Source of the DNA: an uncultured Planctomycetia bacterium
GTDB lineage: Bacteria; Omnitrophota; Gorgyraeia; Tantalellales; Tantalellaceae
Direction of reading: 5' to 3'
Length of the DNA stretch: 64,000 nt
Assembly: GCA_964431495.1 (NCBI GenBank)
Contig: CAYSJU010000009.1
Coordinates: 7,205 to 71,204 of the forward strand
A program made the position numbers and the translations under genes. Of the stretch, positions 37,638 through 47,229 are shown piece after piece (position 1 is the stretch's first letter; the number at the start of each line of letters is the position of its first letter). The notes beneath the pieces are model-generated. The model made no database searches. It was not told the origin of the DNA and saw only the letters and a list, made by a program, of their open reading frames with translations.

Positions 37638-38849
37638 ATGGTTATGTCAAAAGACAGAATAATAAACTTTTTCGACTGGGTAATAGAAGTATGTTTTTAC
37701 GCACTGGTTGTGGCCGTGACTTTCTCCACGTCGTTAGTGGAGATCTTTTCAAGCATAATGATAGGGGCGTGGCTCATCAAGAAGGCCATTGACAGGGACT
37801 GGAAAGGGCTGAACTCGGCCCCGTTCAAGATCCTGCTGATCTTCTTCTTGTGGACCGTCCTTTCCACCGTTAACAGCGATTATTTCAAGGAAAGTTTCCG
37901 GGGGATCTTCAAGGTGGTGGAATATTCATTGATCTTTGTGGTTGCCGCGACAAGTCTTGGAGAAGAAAAGGTCGCGAGAAGGTTTCTTTACGTCCTGTCA
38001 GCAAGCGCCTTTCTCATCTGTATCAACGGACTTATTCAGTATTATACGGGATTCGATCTCATCAGGCACAGGGGGCTGATAACAAAGGATTCTCTGCACA
38101 GGATATCCGCTTCATTTGTCCATCCGAATGATTTTGGCACGTATCTCTTTGTCGTGGGAACGATATTCATATCGTTTCTTATATCAAGGGGCGCCAGGTT
38201 AAGAGAAAGAGTAATGGTCTTCATACCTCTGGTTCTTTCCATGGTCAGCCTGTTCCTGACCAAGTCGCGCGGGGCATGGATATCTTTCGCGGCCGCTTTT
38301 CTGGTCCTGGGGGCGATAAAGGCGAGAAAGGTGTTAGCCGTGTTCATCGCGGTTTTGCTGGTGCTGTTCCTGGTGCTTCCTTACACGGCGCAGGAACGGA
38401 TCTTTGCTCTGGCGGACTTTAAAAGCGGGACCGCTTGGGAACGGGTTATGCTGTGGAAAGGAACGATAAACATGATAATAGAGCATCCGATCCTCGGGTT
38501 TGGCGTTAACACCTATAGCCGGAACTTCCCCAGGTATAAACCGCCCGAATATCCGGATGTCAGGTATACACATAATTCTTATCTGCACATGGCTTCGGAA
38601 GTAGGTCTCGTAGGCGCGCTGCTATTTTTGATATTTTTGGTAACGGTCTTGATGCATTCATTTAGGAATATTTTAACGATGGATGAAGGCAGGCGCAGGG
38701 GCCTCACCGCGGGCCTGTTCGCGGGCATGGTCGGATTTTCCATGAACTGTATGGTGGATACGCATCTTTATTCGGTCACTCTCGCGGTTTTCTTTCATCT
38801 TCTGCTTGGTTTCTGTTATGCCCTAAGTTGTCATGCAAGAGAGAGATAA
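37638..38849 (+). CDS. O-antigen ligase/polymerase family (Wzy_C domain) membrane protein
   Basis: Polytopic. LTKSRGAWISF and HNSYLHMASEVGLVG match the O-antigen ligase family periplasmic loop. Confidence 0.75.
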   Translation: MVMSKDRIINFFDWVIEVCFYALVVAVTFSTSLVEIFSSIMIGAWLIKKAIDRDWKGLNSAPFKILLIFFLWTVLSTVNSDYFKESFRGIFKVVEYSLIFVVAATSLGEEKVARRFLYVLSASAFLICINGLIQYYTGFDLIRHRGLITKDSLHRISASFVHPNDFGTYLFVVGTIFISFLISRGARLRERVMVFIPLVLSMVSLFLTKSRGAWISFAAAFLVLGAIKARKVLAVFIAVLLVLFLVLPYTAQERIFALADFKSGTAWERVMLWKGTINMIIEHPILGFGVNTYSRNFPRYKPPEYPDVRYTHNSYLHMASEVGLVGALLFLIFLVTVLMHSFRNILTMDEGRRRGLTAGLFAGMVGFSMNCMVDTHLYSVTLAVFFHLLLGFCYALSCHARER

Positions 38850-39882
38850 GTTTAAGAATTTTGTTATAATGCGGACGGACCGCATCGGAGAAGTCCTTCT
38901 TTCAACGGTAGCCGTCGACAGTATAAGGAAGGCTTACCCCGGGGCCCGCGTTACCTTCGTTACGTCCGAATATTCCAGGGACATTGTAGAAGGAAGGGAA
39001 GACGTGGAAGAGGTCATCACGGTTGATACGGCAAATAAGGACAAGTGGCTGCTGAGATCCGTGCGTCTCTCGGGATTGCTGAGGAAGAAGCGTTTTGACA
39101 CCGCGATAATACTGAACCCGCACAAGCTGTTGCATACCGCGTGTTTTCTGGCGGGAATAGCCCGCCGCGTGGGATATGACAGGAAATGGGGTTTTTTATT
39201 GAACAAGAAGGTCTCTGATGAGAGGGCGAGAGGCGAAAAGCACGAGATAGAATATACCATGGACCTGTTGCGGGGGCTGGGAATAGATACCACGGCGCCG
39301 GATCCAAGGATGGTTATCGACGGGGCGGCTGAAAAGTTTATCAAGGACCTTCTGGGTAAGATGAAGATATACCCGGACAGGGCCTTGATAATTATCCATC
39401 CGGGTAGCAGCAACCCTGCCAAGATGTGGCCCGGGAAGCATTACGCGGACTTGATCCGAAGGATCAAGTCGGTATTGGATTGTCATATTGCCATGATCGG
39501 AGATGAAACAGAAAAAGGCCTTGTCAAAGGGGTTATTAATGAGGCAGGAGTGGATATCCTGGATTTTTCAGGGATGTTTGACATTAAAAAACTGGCCGCT
39601 TTTTTAAAAAAAGCAGGTCTTTTCATAGGAAATGATACCGGACCGATGCATATGGCCGCGGCCATAGGGGTGCCTGTAGTGGCGATCTTCGGGAGGAATA
39701 TCCCGGGCGTCAGCCCGGTCCGGTGGCGGCCATGGGGTGAGAAACACGCGGTATTACATGAGAGCCCGGGATGCGATCCATGCCTCGATACCGCCTGTCC
39801 GTACGATTACAAGTGTATGCGTGCGGTAAAAGTTGACGCGGTGCTCGGCGCCGCGATGAGAATTTTGTCAAAAAGACAGTAA
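38833..39882 (+). CDS. GT9-family glycosyltransferase (heptosyltransferase-like)
   Basis: FVIMRTDRIGEVLLS, FIGNDTGPMHMAAAIGVPVVAIFG. Confidence 0.8.
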   Translation: MQERDKFKNFVIMRTDRIGEVLLSTVAVDSIRKAYPGARVTFVTSEYSRDIVEGREDVEEVITVDTANKDKWLLRSVRLSGLLRKKRFDTAIILNPHKLLHTACFLAGIARRVGYDRKWGFLLNKKVSDERARGEKHEIEYTMDLLRGLGIDTTAPDPRMVIDGAAEKFIKDLLGKMKIYPDRALIIIHPGSSNPAKMWPGKHYADLIRRIKSVLDCHIAMIGDETEKGLVKGVINEAGVDILDFSGMFDIKKLAAFLKKAGLFIGNDTGPMHMAAAIGVPVVAIFGRNIPGVSPVRWRPWGEKHAVLHESPGCDPCLDTACPYDYKCMRAVKVDAVLGAAMRILSKRQ

Positions 39883-39886
39883 AATT

Positions 39887-40996
39887 ATGAAAAAAATCCT
39901 GATCGCTAATATATTTGGGGTAGGCGATGTGCTGTTCACTACGCCTCTTATAGCTAATCTGCAAAAGGAAATAAGCGGCGCGTCGATAGATTATCTGTGT
40001 AATGCCAGGACAAGAGCCGTCGCGGAAAGCAATCCGGATATCGACAGGGTGTTCGTGTATGAGAAAGACGACTTTCTGGCGTTGTGGAAAAATTCCAAAC
40101 CCGCTTTTTTCTCGGCGTTAGGCAGACTTTTTGGTGAAATACGCCGCGGGAATTATGACGCGGTTTTTGACTTTACATTATCACGCGAGTTCGGTTTTGC
40201 CTTTTTACTGGCCGGCATCAGGGAGCGGATAGGGCTGGATTACAGGAACAGGGGTATTTTTCTGACGCGTAAACGGAAATTCGAAGGGTTCCAGGACAAG
40301 CATGTCATTGAATATTATCTTGATCTCCTTGGGCTTGTGGGAATGAAGGTGTCCATCCGGGAAATGCGGATCGTCCTTGATGAAGACCTGCGGCAATGGG
40401 CCGTGGATTATCTGGGAGACAAGAACGCCGGTGAAGGCCGGGTTGTGGCGGTTATCCCCGGAGGCGGTGCCAGCTGGGGGGTGAGCTCTTCCCGCAAAAG
40501 ATGGAGCGCGGACGGATTTGCCAGGGCCGCGGACGCGCTTACGACGGAAAATTCCGGAGCGGTAGCGATTCTGGGGGATAGTTCTGAAAAGGGCCTGTGC
40601 GATGAAGTCGCGGGAAAAATGACGGCAAGCCCTTTGTTTGTCGAAACCGGCCTCAGCCTCGAAAAATATATGGCATTGTTAAGCAAGTGTGATCTGGCGG
40701 TATGTAATGACGGAGGGCCTTTACATATAGCCGCGGCGCTCGGGTTGAAGACAGTATCCATATTCGGGCCGGTGGATGAAAAGGTCTATGGACCGTATCC
40801 TCCTTCAGCGACACATAAAGTTCTGGTCAGCGGGGAAACTGATTGCCGTCCATGTTATCGTCGTTTCAAGCTGCCCGAATGCAAATATGATAATCATTGT
40901 CTTGCCGGCATTGCGCCTGAAGCCGTTATAGACGAGTGCCTGAAACTTTTGGAGAAAGGGAACAAGACAGTTCGCAGTTCGCAGAAAGAGATATGA
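39887..40996 (+). CDS. GT9-family glycosyltransferase (heptosyltransferase-like)
   Basis: ILIANIFGVGDVLFTTP, AVCNDGGPLHIAAALGLKTVSIFGP. Confidence 0.8.
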   Translation: MKKILIANIFGVGDVLFTTPLIANLQKEISGASIDYLCNARTRAVAESNPDIDRVFVYEKDDFLALWKNSKPAFFSALGRLFGEIRRGNYDAVFDFTLSREFGFAFLLAGIRERIGLDYRNRGIFLTRKRKFEGFQDKHVIEYYLDLLGLVGMKVSIREMRIVLDEDLRQWAVDYLGDKNAGEGRVVAVIPGGGASWGVSSSRKRWSADGFARAADALTTENSGAVAILGDSSEKGLCDEVAGKMTASPLFVETGLSLEKYMALLSKCDLAVCNDGGPLHIAAALGLKTVSIFGPVDEKVYGPYPPSATHKVLVSGETDCRPCYRRFKLPECKYDNHCLAGIAPEAVIDECLKLLEKGNKTVRSSQKEI

Positions 40997-40997
40997 C

Positions 40998-41984
40998 ATG
41001 TACATTTCACTTTTAAACGGTATTTTTAAGTCTTTGCAGAAAAGGAATTCAGCAAGGCTTTTTTACGCGCCTTCAAAGATCTCCATAGAGACCGGGAATG
41101 TGTGTAATTTGCGATGCCCTTTGTGCCCTACAAATGATGAAGAGCAGGGCGGGGTTGAGAAGGGGCTGATGTCTTTTGAGGATTTTAAGGTCATTTTTGA
41201 CAAGATAGGACCTTTCGTGAAAACGATCGATCTTTTCAGCTGGGGCGAGCCTTTTCTCAACAAGGACATAGGGAAGATGATCAGGTACGCGAGGGAAAAA
41301 AAGCCGGCTCTCAGGATGTTCATAGACAGTAATCTTAATGTTCTTTCCGAAGAGCAGCTGGACGCGGCGGTAAGATATGAACTGGACGTCCTGAAAGTTT
41401 CCTGTGACGGCGCGACCCGGGAGATCTATGAGAAGTACAGGGTGGGGGGAGATCTGGCCCGGGTCATGGAGAACATACAGAGGATCATATCCAGGAAAAA
41501 GGAACTGGCAAGCGGCAAGCCAAGGATCATATGGAAGTATCTTGTATTCAAGCATAACCAGTTTGAGGTCGAGAAGGCGCGTGAGATGTCCGGGAAAATG
41601 GGGATAGAATTCGAAGCAAGCGGCATGCGGACCGATTGCGCAAAGGAAATATTCGAGAAAGTGGAGGATTCCGTAAAACGCGACGGGAGCTGGATACCGG
41701 ACAGGCCCGAATACAATAATTACGGTGACCTCGGAAAAATGAAAAATACGTGTGAAAAGCCGTGGCGGACCTTGACTGTCAACTGGAACGGCGATGTCGT
41801 GCCGTGCGGCGCCATATATGACTGCGCCCGTTACAGTTTCGGCAACCTCTTGAAGCAGGATTTTAAAGAGATCTGGAACGGCGAAATGTTTATCCGGGCA
41901 AGGAAGGCAATATCCGGAAAAAGCGGCGGGAGTCCGGACATAATATGTTCTATATGCAAAGAGAACGGTTATCAGTTTTTTTGA
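40998..41984 (+). CDS. Radical SAM enzyme with SPASM/twitch-like C-terminal Cys cluster
   Basis: IETGNVCNLRCPLCP (CxxxCxxC). C-terminal CEKPWRTLTVNWNGDVVPCGAIYDC and CSICKENG. Confidence 0.8.
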   Translation: MYISLLNGIFKSLQKRNSARLFYAPSKISIETGNVCNLRCPLCPTNDEEQGGVEKGLMSFEDFKVIFDKIGPFVKTIDLFSWGEPFLNKDIGKMIRYAREKKPALRMFIDSNLNVLSEEQLDAAVRYELDVLKVSCDGATREIYEKYRVGGDLARVMENIQRIISRKKELASGKPRIIWKYLVFKHNQFEVEKAREMSGKMGIEFEASGMRTDCAKEIFEKVEDSVKRDGSWIPDRPEYNNYGDLGKMKNTCEKPWRTLTVNWNGDVVPCGAIYDCARYSFGNLLKQDFKEIWNGEMFIRARKAISGKSGGSPDIICSICKENGYQFF

Positions 41985-42002
41985 ATCGGATAAGGAGACC
42001 GG

Positions 42003-42830
42003 ATGGGTAAAACACCAGTGACTGTAGTAGTGATAACAAAGAATGAAGAAGAAAATATAACGGAATGCCTTGAAAGCGCGGTCTGGGCGGACGAGATCAT
42101 CGTTGTGGATGATGAAAGTACGGACACAACACGGGAGATAGCAGGAAGATACACGGACAAGGTTCTCCTCAGAAGAATGGAAAATGAAGGAAAGCACAGG
42201 AACTGGGCGTACGCGCAGGCCGCAAACGACTGGGTCCTCAGCCTGGACGCGGATGAAAGGGTGACCGAAGGGCTTTCAGGGGAAATAACCGACCTTTTAA
42301 AAGGGACACCGCAATATAAGGCGTACACCATCCCGAGGAGGAACCATATCGGCGATTACTGGCTGCGTTACGGCGGGGAATATCCCGCTCCCCAGACAAG
42401 GCTTTTCCTGAAGAAGGAGTTCAAGTACGAAGAGGCTGAGGTCCATCCCCGCGCGTTCATGGAAGGGGATACAGGCCATCTTAAAGGGGACCTCATCCAT
42501 TATTCGCATAAAGATATCACGGATTATTTGAGGAGCCTGAATAGCCACACTACGCTCGAAGCGCGGAAGTGGTATCTGACTGGCCGCAAGATGAGCATGG
42601 GACACGCAATATGGCGGACACTTGACCGCTGTTTTTACAGGCGACTTCTCAGGAAGAAGGCTTACAAGGACGGCATTTACGGATTAACGGTGGCCTTTTT
42701 CAGCGGAATATATCAGTTCGTAAGTTATCTTAAGTATCGTGAGCTTATGCTGAAAGCAGTGGACGAGGGACAGAAGTCAGAGAACAGAGGTCAGAGTCAG
42801 GAGCTAAGATACAGGAAGTCTGATTCCTGA
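42003..42830 (+). CDS. GT2-family glycosyltransferase (LPS-core type, WaaE/KdtX-like)
   Basis: VVVITKNEEENI, IIVVDDESTD, WVLSLDADE. The C-terminal ~20 aa are encoded by a palindromic element. Confidence 0.8.
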   Translation: MGKTPVTVVVITKNEEENITECLESAVWADEIIVVDDESTDTTREIAGRYTDKVLLRRMENEGKHRNWAYAQAANDWVLSLDADERVTEGLSGEITDLLKGTPQYKAYTIPRRNHIGDYWLRYGGEYPAPQTRLFLKKEFKYEEAEVHPRAFMEGDTGHLKGDLIHYSHKDITDYLRSLNSHTTLEARKWYLTGRKMSMGHAIWRTLDRCFYRRLLRKKAYKDGIYGLTVAFFSGIYQFVSYLKYRELMLKAVDEGQKSENRGQSQELRYRKSDS

Positions 42831-42843
42831 CATCTGCCTTCTG
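42771..42843 (+). repeat. ~73-nt imperfect palindromic element overlapping the 3' end of the GT2 gene
   Basis: CAGAAGTCAGAG (42771-82) pairs 10/12 with ATCTGCCTTCTG (42832-43). Inner GTCAGGA/TCCTGAC (42796-802 / 42825-31). Multiple TCAGA/TCTGA units. Confidence 0.4.
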
Positions 42844-42859
42844 AAAAGAGGGGGGAAGG

Positions 42860-43657
42860 GTGAAGATGTCTACTGGTGTTGAGAATCGTGAAAAGCTGTC
42901 GGTCGTGATAATCGCAAAAAATGAGGAAGACAAGATCAGGAATTGTCTGGAAAGCATCAAATGGGCCGATGAGGTAGTGGTTGTCGACGGATTCAGTACG
43001 GATTCGACGGTGGATATATGCAGGAAATACGGGGCCAGGGTCGTCCAGCACCGGTTTGGAGGGGACTTCGGCGAAGAAAGGAACATAGGGATCGACAACT
43101 CATCCGGGGACTGGGTGCTGCAGCTTGACGCTGATGAGGTGGTGACCGAGGATTTCAGGAAAAAGGTCATGAAGATACTCCGTGGCGAAGGGAAGTTCAC
43201 CGCATATAAGTTTTTGCGCAAAAATTTTTTTCTCGGACGATTCATGAAACACGGCGGGTGGTATCACTATTCGGCGCACTTCTTTAAGAAAGGGTTCGCC
43301 AGGTATGACGGAAGAGTTCACCATAAACTTGTAGCGGACGGCGAGATAGCGCCCCTGGACGCGGAGATCGAACATTATCCTTTTGACAATATAGCCCAGC
43401 TCATCACCAGGCAGAACAGGTATACGACGATCGAAGCAAAAGAGATCTTTGAGCTGAGGGGAGTGATAGACGAGAAAGAGATCCGGTATAACGTAAAAGT
43501 GAAACCGGCTAAACTCTTCTGGAAATTCTACGTCAAGAAAATGGGCTTTAAGGAAGGGATGCACGGGTTTGTTTTTTCTGTCCTTTTCGCGTGGGTCCAT
43601 TTCCTGAAATGGGCTAAATACTGGGAGCTGGTCCGGAAAAGTGAAAAAAACAGTTGA
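42860..43657 (+). CDS. GT2-family glycosyltransferase, tandem paralog of 42003..42830
   Basis: VVIIAKNEEDKI, VVVVDGFSTD, WVLQLDADE. Colinear similarity to the preceding gene. Start is GTG 42860 or ATG 42866. Confidence 0.8.
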   Translation: MKMSTGVENREKLSVVIIAKNEEDKIRNCLESIKWADEVVVVDGFSTDSTVDICRKYGARVVQHRFGGDFGEERNIGIDNSSGDWVLQLDADEVVTEDFRKKVMKILRGEGKFTAYKFLRKNFFLGRFMKHGGWYHYSAHFFKKGFARYDGRVHHKLVADGEIAPLDAEIEHYPFDNIAQLITRQNRYTTIEAKEIFELRGVIDEKEIRYNVKVKPAKLFWKFYVKKMGFKEGMHGFVFSVLFAWVHFLKWAKYWELVRKSEKNS

Positions 43658-44810
43658 TATAGTACTTCTGAGTTACGAGAACCCCGGCCTTTTGAAGAAA
43701 TGCGTCGCGAGCGTTCTTGAGAACACGCGGGTAAGCGCTAATCTCATCATAGTGGACAATGGCAGCAAGGATCCTGAAGTGAAGCGTTACCTCGGTGCTG
43801 TGCACGGGAGCGGCACGGTCTATATCGAAAAGGTCTTCTCTGAGGAAAACGCCGGCTTCGCCGGCGGGATGAACAAGGGCATGCGGCTTTCGGACGCGCC
43901 TTTTATTTGTCTCCTGAATAACGACTGCGTGGTGGCGGAGGGGTGGCTCGAGGAGATGATATCCGTTGCGGAACAGAGGGGCGACATAGGGATTGTTAAC
44001 CCCCAGAGCAATACATTCGGTTCGTTCCCGGATCAGAGCGTTTCTATCAACGAGCACGCCAGGCTGCTCGATGATAAGAAAGGCAGGTTCGTAGAGCTCG
44101 GACACGCCATAGGTTTTGCCTGTCTGATAAAGCGTGAAGTGATCGAAAAAATAGGTTATCTGGACGAAGCCTATGAAGGAGTGTGTTATGAAGATACGGA
44201 TTTTTCGGTCAGGGCGCAAAAAGCGGGATATATCCCGGCGATGGCCGAGGGATCTTATGTGTTTCACGCGGAGCAGGCCTCACGGAAGGATCTTGAAGGA
44301 AAAGAAGAGATATATTCCAGGAACAGGGCCTTATTCGAGAATAGATGGGGGAAGCTTCTCCGGGTCCTTCACATGGACCACTCCAGTGACTTTCATGATG
44401 ACCGGGAACGGGTTAGAGAGGATTACGAGCTGATGAAAAGCCTGGCGCGCCAGAGAGTGATCGTTGATTTCTGGGTCCGGGACAGAAGGAGCAGCGCAAA
44501 GCCCGGCACGGCGGGAGAAAGCATGAGTTCGATAAGACATGCCGACGTCGGTGTCCGGGTCATACAGCATGGTTTTGTTAACGCGTTGTTATTTTGGAAA
44601 ATACTGACGAAAAAGAAAAAATACGACGCCGTCATTCTCAGAAAAGGGGTTATCGCGAGTGTCCTGGGCCTTCTTAGACCAGTGCATGGATCCAGGCTGT
44701 TTTTTCGCGGCCACGGCTCAAAGATCAGTTTTGAGAAAGACAGGACATTCGACCTCAGGGAACCGTCAGAATTCGCAGATTTTCTTAGAGAGAAGAAGAA
44801 TGTTAACTAA
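43641..44810 (+). CDS. GT2-family glycosyltransferase with C-terminal extension
   Basis: DIVLLSYENPGLL, IIVDNGSKD, LLNNDCVV, EDTDFSVR. About 130 aa of unassigned C-terminal domain. Confidence 0.75.
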   Translation: MKKTVDIVLLSYENPGLLKKCVASVLENTRVSANLIIVDNGSKDPEVKRYLGAVHGSGTVYIEKVFSEENAGFAGGMNKGMRLSDAPFICLLNNDCVVAEGWLEEMISVAEQRGDIGIVNPQSNTFGSFPDQSVSINEHARLLDDKKGRFVELGHAIGFACLIKREVIEKIGYLDEAYEGVCYEDTDFSVRAQKAGYIPAMAEGSYVFHAEQASRKDLEGKEEIYSRNRALFENRWGKLLRVLHMDHSSDFHDDRERVREDYELMKSLARQRVIVDFWVRDRRSSAKPGTAGESMSSIRHADVGVRVIQHGFVNALLFWKILTKKKKYDAVILRKGVIASVLGLLRPVHGSRLFFRGHGSKISFEKDRTFDLREPSEFADFLREKKNVN

Positions 44811-45213
44811 AAAGAACCTGTTCAGGTCAATTTTTGTAATATGGTGTGTCCTGTGGTTATTTTTTCTGGTAAGGGAGGACAAGGATGGACAGTACCGCGC
44901 GCTGCGTGAACTGTATCGCCTGAAAGGTGAAGCCAGAACCCGCCATGTTATGGGGGGCGACCTTTACGATTTTCTGGCCTTCGCCCGTGAAAAAATACCG
45001 GCAGGTTCTACCTGCGAGATCATGGGATTTGAAAAATATTCCATAGACGAGGTAAGAGCCAGGTATTTTCTCTGGCCCTTAAAGGCAGGCAAGGGTGTCA
45101 CCGATTTTAAGATAGTTTATGGACAAGGCGTTCGCGTGCCGGCGGGATATGAAGAGTTCGGGCGTTTCGGTAAAAAGGGATATTTATTTATAAATCAGGG
45201 GAAAAGGTCGTGA
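44800..45213 (+). CDS. Small N-terminally anchored hypothetical protein
   Basis: MLTKKNLFRSIFVIWCVLWLFFLV (one TM helix), then ~110 aa of soluble domain. Overlaps neighbours on both sides, which suggests translational coupling. No motif recognised. Confidence 0.35.
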   Translation: MLTKKNLFRSIFVIWCVLWLFFLVREDKDGQYRALRELYRLKGEARTRHVMGGDLYDFLAFAREKIPAGSTCEIMGFEKYSIDEVRARYFLWPLKAGKGVTDFKIVYGQGVRVPAGYEEFGRFGKKGYLFINQGKRS

Positions 45214-46595
45214 GTCTTGTCATATCTTTTCTGGCGCTTGAGATCACCGGCGCGGTTTTTGTTTTCATGGTCATGCTGAGCGTCAGGTCCGGGTGCGGGC
45301 TGTCGGAGCTCATGCCGCTTTCTTTTTTGACAGGCACAGGTATAGCGGCATACCAGCTTTTCGTGTATCATCTTGCCGGCGTGAGATTCACGTTCCAGAG
45401 CGTTTCCATGATCCCTCTCATTTTTGTCCTGCTCGCCGGTTTCTTTCTTGTTTTTAAGAGGGCCGATCTAAAGCAAACCTTTCTTTTTTCAAGGCCGCTG
45501 GAGGGGGCGACACTGCTGGAGAAGCTGCTTTTTGCCGGCGTAGTCCTGCAGATATTATGGGTCTTGTTCCTGGTCCTGCCGGTCCCTGTTCATTCGCACG
45601 ACGCGGTCGCCAATTACGCGCTGAAAGCGAAGATCTTTTATTTTAATCAGGGCATGCCGGCGCACTTTCTGAACTGGCCCGAAGAGGTGATAGCCCACCC
45701 GGACTATCCGCTTCTTTTGCCTTTTCTCATGACATGGATATATGAATTCACGGGATTTAATGATTTCCTGGTGAACCTGGTGATGCCGCTTATTTACGTG
45801 GCTTTTCTCGCGCTGTTTTACGCCTTGATGAAAAAATTCTTTAAAAGGGCCTATTCAATGTTGATCGTGTTTTTTCTTGCCACCGTACCACAGCTGGCTG
45901 ATTATGCCACGGTGATCCATGCGGACCTTATTTTCACGGCATTTATCACCTGCGCGTTCATCTATTTCGTGACGTATATGCGGAATACGGAAAGGGCCGC
46001 CCTGGTCTTTTCATCGGTTTTATTCGGGGTTTCCCTGTGGGTAAAGAACGAAGCCATGGTATTCGTAGCGGCTTTTTTTATGGCGCTCATCATTTTTTGC
46101 ATAAAGACATCCAGGCGCGCCGGTAAGTTTAATTTTATGGATATATTTGTCGCCTTTGTTATAATAGCGGTCATCGCGGCGCCGTGGTTTTGCTTGAAGA
46201 TATCAGCAGGTGCGGTCAACAGCGATATGGATCTCTCAAAAGTCACCATGGGGAGCATCTGGCAGAACGTGAAAGATATCCCGGTTTTGCTCAACCTGTT
46301 CCAGCAGGAAGTTTTCGGCCCCAAGAAATGGAATATTTTCTGGATACTCGTGTTTGGCTGCGCGATCTGGAAACACAAGTCTTTATGGAAGGGAGAGGTC
46401 TTCTATATAACTTTTTTCCTGCTGGTTTCTGCGATAGGATATTTTGCCGCGTACATGTGTATAACAGGAGGCGATCTGTATTTTTACGTAAACACTACCA
46501 TTTCGCGTTTCATGCTGCACTTTACCGGCGTAGCCGCCTTTTTACTGGCGAACCTCATATGGGATGATGCGCGAGTTGTGATGAGCAGGGGATAG
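45210..46595 (+). CDS. Polytopic membrane protein, possible GT-C-like glycosyltransferase
   Basis: More than 10 TM helices. Loop VHSHDAVANYALKAKIF is reminiscent of the WDE..Y loop of the ArnT-like gene at 30141. GTGA overlap start. Confidence 0.4.
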   Translation: MSLVISFLALEITGAVFVFMVMLSVRSGCGLSELMPLSFLTGTGIAAYQLFVYHLAGVRFTFQSVSMIPLIFVLLAGFFLVFKRADLKQTFLFSRPLEGATLLEKLLFAGVVLQILWVLFLVLPVPVHSHDAVANYALKAKIFYFNQGMPAHFLNWPEEVIAHPDYPLLLPFLMTWIYEFTGFNDFLVNLVMPLIYVAFLALFYALMKKFFKRAYSMLIVFFLATVPQLADYATVIHADLIFTAFITCAFIYFVTYMRNTERAALVFSSVLFGVSLWVKNEAMVFVAAFFMALIIFCIKTSRRAGKFNFMDIFVAFVIIAVIAAPWFCLKISAGAVNSDMDLSKVTMGSIWQNVKDIPVLLNLFQQEVFGPKKWNIFWILVFGCAIWKHKSLWKGEVFYITFFLLVSAIGYFAAYMCITGGDLYFYVNTTISRFMLHFTGVAAFLLANLIWDDARVVMSRG

Positions 46596-46631
46596 GATAT
46601 CAGAATATCAGGCAAGAAGCCGGATATCCTG
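46593..46631 (+). repeat. Hairpin immediately after the membrane-protein gene
   Basis: (TA)GGATATC ... GATATCC(TG) at 46593-46601 / 46623-46631, with a 21-nt loop. A TTTT tract lies 12 nt downstream. Confidence 0.35.
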
Positions 46632-46662
46632 CTAACTGCTGATTTTAAAAGTGAGGAGATAG

Positions 46663-47229
46663 ATGGAGGAGAAATATGTATTCCTGGACAGGGATGGAGT
46701 GATCAATGAGGACGGCTGGGGATGGACCGAATACGGCTATATAACTCGACGGAAAGACTTTCGTTTTTTACCCGGCGTTTTGGAAGCGTTAAAGAAAATA
46801 GCGGATGCCGGTTACAGGTGCGTGATCATTTCCAACCAGCAGGGTGTTGGCAAAGGGTATTTCACGGACAAAGAGCTTTCTGAAGTAACAAACGGGATGA
46901 TAGATGTCATAAATGAGGCCGGCGGGGATATCGCCGGTGTTTACTATTGCACTCATACGGAAGAAGAGAAGTGCGGCTGTCGTAAGCCTGAAGCCGGACT
47001 TTTTTTCAAGGCAAGGGAGGAGCTTGGGATAGGCGACCTGCGGGATAAATATTATATAGGAGACACTGAACGCGATATCAAGGCCGGCGAGAAAGCGGGC
47101 CTGAGGACGATCCTGGTCCTTTCGGGGAAAACTTCCGGGGAAGAGGCGCGGGAGTGGAAGCATAAGCCCGGCGATATATGCGAGGACCTGACCGAAGCGG
47201 TCGATCTGATAATAGAAAGGAGATCATGA
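46663..47229 (+). CDS. gmhB: D-glycero-D-manno-heptose 1,7-bisphosphate 7-phosphatase (HAD-IIIA)
   Basis: FLDRDGVIN, ISNQQGV, CTHTEEEKCGCRKPEAGLF (Zn-binding CxHx..CxCRKP), IGDTERDIKAG. Confidence 0.85.
   Translation: MEEKYVFLDRDGVINEDGWGWTEYGYITRRKDFRFLPGVLEALKKIADAGYRCVIISNQQGVGKGYFTDKELSEVTNGMIDVINEAGGDIAGVYYCTHTEEEKCGCRKPEAGLFFKAREELGIGDLRDKYYIGDTERDIKAGEKAGLRTILVLSGKTSGEEAREWKHKPGDICEDLTEAVDLIIERRS

Noticed and set aside
41073-42197. 374-aa ORF on the minus strand, the longest antisense ORF in the window
   Set aside because: It lies exactly antisense to the radical SAM/SPASM gene and the start of the GT2 gene, both of which have strong family motifs. Its translation is low-complexity with no recognisable motif. 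This is a typical shadow ORF.
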